Origin: Macrostomum lignano | Lineage: Eukaryota | Length of the DNA stretch: 29,701 bases | Reading direction: 5' to 3' | NCBI GenBank assembly: GCA_002269645.1 | Contig: NIVC01004978.1 | Location: forward strand, 1-29,701 | Shown here: positions 1 through 9,378 of the stretch, in pieces | Position numbering within the stretch: position 1 is the first letter of the stretch | How the letters are laid out: every line of letters begins with the position of its first letter | Translations under genes and position numbers: made by a program | The notes under the pieces: model-generated | What the model saw: the letters and a program-made list of their open reading frames with translations, nothing else | Told to the model about the DNA's origin: nothing | Database searches by the model: none

Positions 1-944
1 GTCACTTAAAATAAAGTTATCAGGTTGCTTAACTTCTAGATTTATTTACGTTGAACTCTCTGATTACCTCAGCATCGATCACGTAGCCATTGATTGCTTG
101 ATTCCAGAATTACTTCATTTTTTGCAGAAGTCTCCTGGATGCCTGTACGCTAGTGTAAAGCAGTCTACCATTATTCCACACTTATTTCACGGTAGTGCAA
201 AGATAGTGACGGGTAGATAAGATAACCCACGTGACAAAACACTCACTCCTGGATTAAATTTGCACATAGGTGAATGCACAATTAGAGAAACCGTGAATTA
301 ATGGACTTAAGTACTTGTCACTGGGCCTGGAGAGAGTATGAAATTCTGATCGGGCAACACTGTGCCCTCCAGAAGCTCAGACAGCCGTCTCTATGTAACA
401 AGGATGTAAATGAATTCTAATAATATAACTGAAATGTGCAGAAAGACTATATATGAAATAGACATTTCAATGTCCGATATTTGATGTGATTTCCGTATTT
501 ATGCTACAGAAGCAGCAATTTATGCAGTAATTGTACCCAACAACAATGTAAGATCCACCCACTAAGCAAATATATTTTATTCACCTTGTACAGGTGAAAC
601 TTTTTACTCTTCTTGATTATACTCGCGTATTTAGCAGCATATTTCTCTCTCTATACTCGGATTCAAATGAGAGTTTTAAGGCAGCCGACTCGCATTCTTA
701 ATAAAGCCGTTTAAGAGGCAATTATAAATATTGTACTTATATTTATATATCAGGTAGTTAACAACAGCAGCAACAATCCGGTGCGGTGTCTGTTGGATCA
801 TCCGATGAGGAATTGAAACTGGATTTCGAGCAATCAGACTCCATATAGCTATGGTTAATTGTCGCAGTTGCTAGCTCTGCTATTGGCTGTTCAGACTGAG
901 ATGATTAGAGAGACAAAAGCGAGTTCGAAGGCTTTCAAGCTGTT

Positions 945-3900
945 TGATGTGTGCGCGGTAGCCTTGGTCAGGTTGCCAGGGATGTGATGGGTGTTGCGTC
1001 ACTCCGTCCACATTAGCCATTCAGCTGTGACGTCTAAGGCGCAGTCCCCGTTACGAACCGAGTTTTTCAGAGTCGGATTGGCAGACCACCTCACCTTCCT
1101 CTCTTTTCAACGGGCTTGCGCCCGGATTTGGCGAAATTGCGGCTATATATTGAAGGCTGTGCCGTCGTCTCATTAGCGTTAAAGTAGAGAGAACTGCCAA
1201 TAGAATGCACCAGAAACCACAAGTAGAACCAAAATCAGCCTCATCCTTTTAGGATTGGGACTTGTTGTTCTTCCGCAGCCGACTGGGCAGCCGCATGCAT
1301 CCAGCTGAGCACAGGTTGGCTCGAGTCTCCGCATCTGTTTCCGGCCGCATCGGGAAGCTGATCAGAGCCGAAAGCTGCTCACTGCAATCCGTGAAGCTCA
1401 CCAGCCCGAGTACTCACCATCAATGGTAAGATTGACAGCTCTGAGTGAACCACAGGAGACTGAGGAGTTCGTACTCTGGACGGTATGGTTTCTGGAATCC
1501 AAATGTCAAGAGTTGTGAAATTTGATTTAATAAGCCAGCCTATTGTTCTGACAGCAGATAAACTGCTATTCTCAAGTTCAAGAAACTCACAGCTTATCAG
1601 CATCCTCGAACTCAGCTATTTTGCAGTCTTCTGCCCCGCAGTTCAGGTAGAAGACCTTCTTGGTCCTGTGCTCATAGAACAGTCCGATGCGAAGCCTCTG
1701 TGCGAGATTCAGCGGCTCCTTGCTGCGGGTGCTCAGGCCGGAGCCGACGCGAGTTCGCTGGCCTGAAGCCGGTGTTCAAGTGGAGTGAAATTGTGCAAGA
1801 GTTAAGCTGTGCTGCCTACAGCTAAAACTGATGTGCATTTATTGCTTAACAATGATATTGTTCATGTTAGTCCTCACTACTGCGAGTAAGATTAGCTCAT
1901 GAGAGTAGCCATGCGATATTTTATGGCAGATCCTGCCTCTACTGTGTTTAATTTTCACTAGTCTAAAAAGCCACCGGTTCACTCCAGCTTACTCTCTGTA
2001 ACGAAGTTCTTCAGAGTCGTGGAGCTGTTGAAGCTGGCGAGCCTCATGACTCCGCTGTCAGCCCTCATCGCAGCCGCCAGCTCAGCAGTCAGGTTCCGAC
2101 GAACCGATCCTTTGGTGTAGCAGTTGCTCTCAAAATTAGTCATGCTTCTGCGCAGAATCCGGCTCCATCAGCCGAATATGTAGACCCGGAATATTCACTG
2201 AGCTTCTCCGATTCAGCCGGAATGAGACAGTCAGGAGCTCCTACAGTTTGATGTAATGTATTGTGATTGAATTTTAAGTAAGAAATTGATTTAATAAAAT
2301 TGTGTCCAGCATCGGGCCAGCTCTATCGTACCCTTTCGTCAGTTGCAGCACGCGAAGCATCTCCAGCTCCACGGGCTTTGGCTCGCTTGTTGAAGGCGAC
2401 GAGCAAGTCGCTGGAAATGCATTGGGGTTCGCATTGCCAGGGTAAGAATCGAAGTGTTTGACTGGTTTTATCGAGTTCCAGCTGGCAGTAGCAGCGTGGG
2501 TAAAAACCCACTGACTGCTTGTTCACAGATGCCATTCGACAACTGCTTACTTTAATAATAATAATATAATAATTGATTACACCTGCCCAATGGGCAGATG
2601 TGCAACCGACAGCTCAGCCGCAGCTATTGCGCGGCGCGTCTGAAGCTGCGTACGGCTGTTCAGTCCAAAGACTGCGGTTCGACACACACCCTCACTTATC
2701 CCAGCTAATGCTGGCACCCATTTTACAGCTGGGTGAACTGAAGCAATGCAGAGTAAAGTGTCTTGCTCAAGGACACAAATTGTTCCAGTGGGATCGGGAA
2801 TCGAAACTGCGACCTTCACGTTGTGCGTCCGACGCTCTAACCACTAGGCTACAACCCTAGACCATTACAACTGCCTTGAGTCAGCTATACTAGGCATTTA
2901 TGCAAAGGCGTGAAGTTTGATTTCATAATCACTATTATTATCAACTCTCTTTTCGTTGGCGACCAGACGGCTAAAATTGATGCTCTAAAGGCCTGCTGTC
3001 TTCTTCAACAATTAACATTATTGCACAGCTTATAGAATATTCTCTAATTGTGATCAAAGCGCTGCTTACCGTCCGAAGCCTTCGAGTGCAGTTCGTATCG
3101 CATCGGTTGTTGCTGTGCAGCTGAATCCACAGATTTTGTCCGCCTCCACTCGTTTACGCGAGCCTCCGTGTCAAAGCCAGTCAGAACCACAACGGAATTG
3201 TCAAGGTGGTCAGTCAGAATCTTCCATTTGCAGTTGAGCCCTTCCTCAGGCACAGGGTCCGCGTCAGCTTTGGGAATGATTCGATCTTCAATGAACTCGA
3301 GTTTTTTGCTGAGCTGGAACTCATTGGTGTTGCCACGCGGATAGCAGTACTGGTTGCCTGCCAGAGCTCTAAAGAAAAAAGGGCGGGAAAGTAGATTTAT
3401 TGTAAATGGACACTCAAAAGTTACTGGAAGGCCCACTTAAGATTTGGTCTACTAAAAACGTTATTTTCTGAGCTATTATTGGCAAAATGTGTTGTTGATT
3501 ATATGATTAATTGACTTTTCGGTCGGTACTTCAGTTATTTCTCCCATACCGACCTGTAAAAAGAAAACGTTTTATATTTTAATAATGTATAGAATGTATA
3601 GTAATATATTATTATCATTAGCTATGCTCTATACGCATGTACGTGTAGAAATGCCATCGATTTTGGGGCAACATTCTAGCGGAATTCAATACGATAAAAT
3701 GGGTGAGTATCTACTTACCATCCTACTGATAAGTAGAAAGACAAGAAAATATCGCGTGTAGAACAAGTTCTGTTTATCCAGCTACAGCACTATGATATAA
3801 TCCAATTAACTTTCGTACATTAATGTACATTGACAGCGCAAGCCTCGCAAGGACAGGTCCCCAAAGAACAATCCCACAGCGGGCAGCCCCACAAAGGACA

Positions 3901-4094
3901 GCCCCAATTAGTATGGCGCCCCCAGAGTAGCATCCCAAAACATTCTGCCTACCTTTAAGCAAATGTTAATCCGCAAAAAAATCCCAGTTGGTTTAATGAA
4001 TGAAGCGTCGCATCACTCACATTTGAAATGTGGCAGACAGCAGCAGAAGAGTCGCCAGGCTTCTGCCCATCACTATCTGCAGATTCAGTCGCAT
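945..4094 (-). pseudogene. Paralog A: SP-CUB-like-CTLD-like-TM receptor, frameshifted as assembled (pseudogene or consensus errors)
   Basis: Exons (minus): 4021-4094, 3070-3368, 2332-2410, 1993-2240, 1591-1762, ~945-1491, all with GT-AG ends. Exons 1-3 and 5 are open and nearly identical to paralog C. Exon 4 has three 1-bp deletions relative to C, and the first gives an immediate TGA (G AGC TCC TGA). Exon 6 has several more 1-bp deletions and a 7-bp deletion next to the TM. The position homologous to the C stop (945-947) reads TCA. Confidence 0.8.
2553..2857 (-). mobile_element. tRNA-derived CORE-type SINE in intron 2 of paralog A
   Basis: Minus strand shows box A TAGCCTAGTGG and box B GTTTCGATTCC. 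The segment GTGTCCTTGAGCAAGACACTTTAC...CTTCAGTTCACCCAGCTGTAAAATGGG resembles the MIR/CORE domain, followed by a (TTA)n-like tail. An imperfect flanking direct repeat CCATT(CG)ACAACTGC lies at 2532-2546 and 2862-2874. Absent from intron 2 of B and D. Confidence 0.85.
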
Positions 4095-4169
4095 GTCGGA
4101 CGCTTCCGGCACCTAAAAATCCCGATGTGAGGTGGACGCTGCATGCAGGAGATTCTGTGTCCGCTCAGC

Positions 4170-4196
4170 ATTTATAGGTAAAGACGTGAAACTGCC
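4170..4196 (-). promoter_or_regulatory. Putative core promoter of A: TATA box CCTATAAAT plus conserved GGCAGTTTCA motif
   Basis: TATAAAT lies 76 nt upstream of the ATG. Both motifs recur with nearly the same spacing in the otherwise diverged upstream region of B. Confidence 0.55.
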
Positions 4197-4716
4197 GAAC
4201 AAGCTGGATATTCGTAGATGCCATCAAAACTTCTTGTACACGTACGAGCGTACTTCTAATCACTTCTAATCGCTTAGCAATCCGATTTCTGTTTTAGTAC
4301 CCGGATGTAGTGACAGTTAACTTGGCTTTTTGTTAACCCAACCCTGAGACCAAGGAATTTCACATGCAATAAGCGTCTTGATTTGACTTTTTATTTGATT
4401 TTAAATATAATATTGCATCTGGTGAGACAGGCTCAGTCTTTGCTCTGACTTACATGAGCAAAATTACATTCTAGTGACTCTAATGAACCCCTGTAGCTAT
4501 GATACTACATGCAAAGAAAGTAATCAGGTACGTTGAATTCAAAAATAATTTTGCAACAGAAGTACAATACACACAGCCCCTAAGGACTCGAGAACGGGAA
4601 TGCCTGTTAATCGAACGATGGTAGAAAATTCTGCGGTAACAAAAAATATTTTGTTTAACATTCTTAACCATTTTTGCTTCCTTCTATCTGATCTTTCCTT
4701 AAACAAATCTCATTTG

Positions 4717-6712
4717 ACAAAAAAGGACTCTTAACATTGCCATCAAATTATGCTCAAATTTCTTAAAAATTATGGCAACTAAGTGTGCACGAAACTAAAC
4801 TCACTGTCCATGTGGACTCACACTCACCAAGAGATGTTGGCCAACTCCAACTTCTTGCAGACTTTATAAGAGAAAATTTAGGAGGGGAGCACCGTGGAAA
4901 ACCCATGATTTTATAGGCCAAGCCGCGGTAACTCTCAGGAAGATCCAAGTGAAACCCACGGCTTATCCGCGGTGAATTTTCTCTAAAGCAGCGAGTTTTC
5001 CCTCCTTTCAAGTACAACTAAAAGGCAATTCCATGTCTCTCCATGGATAGTCAGTAGAATTGTTAAAGTAGGGTTGAATTATAGGAGTGCAGGTGTATGC
5101 GTGCGCACAGTTGCCGCCCTGTACCATACTATTGTACGTAGCATGCGAGGAAAGAGAAGCAGAGGACGCACGCTCGATCTGTATCGTGCATGCGCTTTCA
5201 GACCAAGCGTGCACTGTTCATTATATGCCGCATAATGTCAGTGCTGTGCAAAAAAGGGGACTTTAGTTTACCGAGAACTTGGAGTTCTTTATTTTTTGTT
5301 CTTTCTAAAGGTGTGAAATAAAAAAATTACATGCATACAGATCCCACAAATAGTTCGTAAACAATAATAGCCTGCCGTTCAGCTCAAAGCAGTCAACTGC
5401 AGGGAATAAAATAAAAATTACAAGCAAGTGACATTGGGTCTGGCGGATGTCCTTATTGTCGAAGTTAAGAGACTAAAATTTTCTTTATGGGTTCTATCGG
5501 GATTCACAAGGTTTTTCAAAATGTATTTATGATTTCTTCTTTTAGTTTATTTCAACAACGAGCAGTGCGAGCTAAAAGTACTGTGGTGCAGAAACAGCTT
5601 GAGTATTAGTTTCATAGCTCTCATTTAGTCTTTTTTGGTGGAAAACTTTAGCTAGAACTTTAGGATATGTTCCACATTATCTCGATTCTGCATTCCCCAG
5701 ATTTTAGCTCGTACATTCCCCCAGATTTTACGTTCCCGCAGCTTTCACATTCCTAAGATTTGCATCTCCCAGATTTCACATTCCTTAAATTTTACATTCC
5801 TCCAATTCTACATTTCTTAGATTTCACTTTCTCCAACTTTTACATTCCACGAATTTTGCACCCCCAGCTTTCACATTTCGCAGATTTTGCTTTTCTCCAT
5901 GTTTCACATTCCCAGATTTTGCATTCCTCCATATTTTACATTCCTAAGATTTCAAATTCCTAAGATTTCAAATTCCTATGATTTCAAATTCCTAAGATTT
6001 CAAATTCCTAAGATTTTACATTCCACAGATCTTACATTCCCCAAATTACACATTCCCAGATTTCCCGGCGTCGCAAGGAAACAACAAGATACGCTGTCAG
6101 AGTCCTTTGACGGTAGCAGCACAAGTCGCAAAGAAAAGCCACGTCGCCGATTGAATCCGGGGCGCCGGCGTCAGACAGCAGGCTGGAGACAAGGCGCGAA
6201 CCCGCGATACGTGCATGGGACAGCTTGATTTTGCCAGCCGCTCTCACCCCATGTACGCAAGGCGAACCCCAGAGCTATTTTTAGCAACACATCTGTATAG
6301 TGCCATTTGAATGTGAAAGTGCAAGAGGATTCTCTGGTCTGTGTTGAACGCTCTTTAATTTTTAAACGTTTGCGTTATTAACAAGTTTTTTCTGTTATCT
6401 TCTGCTTGCATGGCAGAAAGACTTTCAAACACTCTGGCCTGTAAAGGCTCTATTATGAGTGAGGCCCAAATCTCAGAATTCGCAGCACAGAATATTCAAA
6501 GCAGGGTATTTGATAGTCAACAGGAACGCATAGGCACAATGCAAAAATGCATAGTTTGAGTGTAGCGTTACAGCTCAACGAAGTTTCTCTCTGTGCCCTG
6601 CCCTCAACGCATTTTGTTGGGAGTCTTCTGTGTCACGCGTTCGCAGGCTGCTGGCTGCTGCAGCCTCTAATCTCGGAAACAGTTATTAAAAAAATAAACA
6701 ATGCTGAAAATT
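4717..6712. repeat. ~2 kb upstream block shared by all three spacers (homologs 15113-16891 and ~22621-24620)
   Basis: Begins acaaaaaa(a)ggactcttaaca in each copy and stays collinear with the B-upstream copy through the minisatellite. It is moderately diverged in the B spacer. It is either part of the ancestral duplication unit or an unclassified non-autonomous element. Confidence 0.8.
5688..6063. repeat. 16-bp minisatellite, consensus ATTTCACATTCCYMAG, roughly 23 degenerate units
   Basis: Visible periodicity, including a homogeneous run of atttcaaattcctaag at ~5949-6012. Confidence 0.9.
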
Positions 6713-8049
6713 AAACGGAATGAAATGAAATTTCATTGCCATGTGCATGCTATATGCGCTAGTAAATTTATTACATTTTTGATGGGTTTCGACCTTTGGG
6801 CTCCTTGTTAGGGAAGCCTTCGGGCCTCAGGCTCAGAAATAAATCAATTAGAGCCCTGGCCCCCCACTCCTGTCAGATGGTCAGCCCCATGGTAGCTTGA
6901 TCGTGTGGCGAGCAGTCTTGGTCCTATAGCTAAGAGAGGGACAGCGAGAGACAAGCAGGGAGAATTTTGAAGGTAGAAATTAGTTAATCCGCAGATTAGC
7001 TAACTCGCTGCCACCAGCCCGTACGTCCTGGCTCACCACACCGGGACTCTCGAAATCGGGCTTCCGACTAGAAGGGGCTTTGCACTTACCTTGCAACTAG
7101 TGTCTTTTTGCTGTCAATCTCGAAGTCATAGCCGATGATAAGGGACACTGCTGGGACTAGATCGCATTGGCCATGCAGGTACAGAGGGGACTTGTGCAGG
7201 GGATTCTTGCAGTGGCGAGTCTATGGGGTAGCTACATGTACTATTACATTGCTAAATACGAAGATATGTACTTTTGGCCTTCAACGCGCCAACTAGCCTA
7301 TCATAGCGCTGATGATAGGCTAACTCGAACTTCAGAGACCTCGCATGATTCATTTACCCGAGCCGCTTGGCTACCCTAGAGTGCACAAAGTACATCTCTG
7401 GCGCCGATTCTGCACTTCTGGCAGTTTTGCTCACTGATTTGATAGATTGGTCGACTGAGAACCGCCTTGCCATTGGTCCACTGTGACCGGCGCCTACTAG
7501 CTTAGCTACTCATCTGAGCCATCGGCGAACAAAGAAATAAAGCCGATAAAAATAACTGTTAGATTTAACCTTCTCCTTAGATCACTTCACACCTCAGATT
7601 GAATTGGAGTTTTAGACTACTAGCAGTATTATTGAATGATTTCTGCCTCAGCAACAGCACTTATTGAACAAAATGAGCAAAAGTGTGCGCCTAATTCAGC
7701 TACTGAAAAAGGGGACAGATAAGGGATCACCCAATCAAGCAAGTCTAGGTAGCCTCTCACCCAACCAATCAGAAACTCAACAGCCGGAGACCAGGTAATC
7801 CACAGTGACCGAATCGGCTTGATGCTCTGCAGCTGTAGACTCGGGATGATGCTGTCACAATCTTCGCTGTTAGCTAGCAGGTGATGCTCTTCACTTGATG
7901 TTCGCTGCTGATGACCGGGGGACTCGTCCTTGATGATGATGGGGGGGAAGTCGCAATCCGGGGATCAAGAAACGACGGTCAGGCTCCGGGAGGTCTCAAG
8001 CTAGGCCAAGGTCCCAGGAGGTTGAGGTCCGAGCGGGCCAAAAACACCG

Positions 8050-8185
8050 GTTTAAATAGCCGCCAACTGGACCGCAGTTTGTTATAATGGAACACGTTGA
8101 TTCTGATTGGCTGAGCCGTTTTGTTAAAATGAGCGCCGAATTTTCTGATTGGCTAAGCTTGTTGCTACCCATAATCACGTGACCG
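8050..8185 (-). promoter_or_regulatory. Promoter-like cluster (two AGCCAATCAG NF-Y-type boxes, CACGTG E-box, TATTTAAA) in an unidentified spacer insert; duplicated at ~25957-26092
   Basis: ttctgattggct occurs twice (~8101 and ~8142), tcacgtgac at ~8175 and tttaaatag at ~8051. The layout resembles an LTR U3 or a Pol II promoter, but no LTR termini or TSD could be confirmed. Confidence 0.4.
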
Positions 8186-9378
8186 AGAGATCCTATCAGT
8201 TCCCACAGGGTCGTAAAAAGATGACAGATGCGGCCATAAATCAATCAAAATCGCAACAAAATGATTTATGACTTTTCGCGTAGGATTGACAGAAATTGAT
8301 GAAAAAATATACATTAGCAAGCTCTTATTAAATAGAAAGTGAAGATAATGAAGAGAAATTGCTAATCGCTAATCCCAAGGTACTTTTAGGGGTAAAACGC
8401 ATAGCTGTCAAAGCTGTCACACGCTTGAGTGAACACGAACAATAGGCTCTGACCTCATAAATCTTGATGGCCTGTCAAAATGATGAGAAAAAAGCTACCG
8501 CCCGCATCCTCTCAGACCATCTGGCACCCGCCTAAACACTGAGTGAGGCGCAGGTGGCTGTCAGACCAGCTTCGAAAGCGATGATTTATGACCCAAAAAG
8601 CTGCGCCTATGTTATTATGACTACTAGTATGACCAAACATTATATCTAGTATAGATTCTATGACAATTAACAAAAAAGGATAAAATGCCCACTGCCCACT
8701 GTTAGTAGGCTGGTAAAGTTAGAGCCCATGTGCTAGCGCGGGATTTGGATTCATCATTTTCATGACAAAACGTAAATTTCGCAAAAGGGTTACAGTTAAA
8801 ATGGTTAGATTAGTAGGTACAATAATTTTGTTAAAATAATTTTGCAGGCTTTGAATTTACCTACTAATACTATTAATACCCAAAATTGTCCATGCGCTCG
8901 TTTTTTCACCACTGTTTAATTCAGCAACAAACCAAGCAGTCAATCCTTATTGCACACATCTTTCGCGTTAGTGCAGTGAAAACATCAAAAGATGTGTGGA
9001 TGGATAAGGTAAAGTAGTAAATGAATTATAAACAAATGAAATATTTATAATATTTACAGCGATTACCGCATTTATAAAGCAGAAAAATTGTTGCATATTA
9101 GTGACAGCATAAGTGTACAGTGATCACTCGCATATAACAGCTAGCGAACTTCTCACTCAATCCTCGTAGTTCATTCTTAGTAAAGCTGCTAACACTTAGT
9201 TAACACCAGCAACAAAATCATAAAATATTGTCTGTTGAATCTTCAAACCAGTCATTACCGGATGCGTCCGATGAGAAGTGAAGCTGGATTTCGAGCAAAC
9301 AGACTCCATAACTATTAATGATTTTGTCTCTTTTGCAAGCGCGGATATTGGCTGATCAAAGCGAGATGATTGGCGTGA

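Larger units (their letters stand above)
1250..9330. repeat. Segmental duplication copy 1 (near-identical to ~19150-27240, offset ~17.9 kb)
   Basis: Line-by-line comparison shows only scattered substitutions and 1-4 bp indels, and many ORF-track peptides are identical (3044/20944, 4480/22384, 7996/25903). Weaker homology extends to position 1 (aligned with 17804). Confidence 0.95.

Noticed and set aside
2780-2857. tRNA gene
   Set aside because: The A/B boxes are attached to a CORE-like body and a simple-repeat tail and do not give a complete cloverleaf; this is a SINE head.
3719-3781. Hydrophobic exon-like segment in intron 1 (LDKQNLFYTRYFLVFLLISRM in A/C; ...PFLVFLLSVGQ in B at ~12600-12658) flanked by AG and GTAAG
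   Set aside because: It has no Met, its end phase differs between paralogs, and it is incompatible with the phase-2 exon 1 at 4021-4094, which already supplies a better conserved signal peptide.
5688-6063. CRISPR-like array
   Set aside because: Units are contiguous 16-mers with no unique spacers, in a eukaryotic context without cas genes.
6780-6835. Penelope-type hammerhead-like sequence (...GAGCCCAAAGGTCGAAAC on minus)
   Set aside because: The CUGANGA core is not intact and stems I and III cannot be drawn.
7557-8268. Solo LTR (TGTTA...CAACA)
   Set aside because: No matching target-site duplication, PBS or polypurine tract was found; kept only as an unidentified insert.
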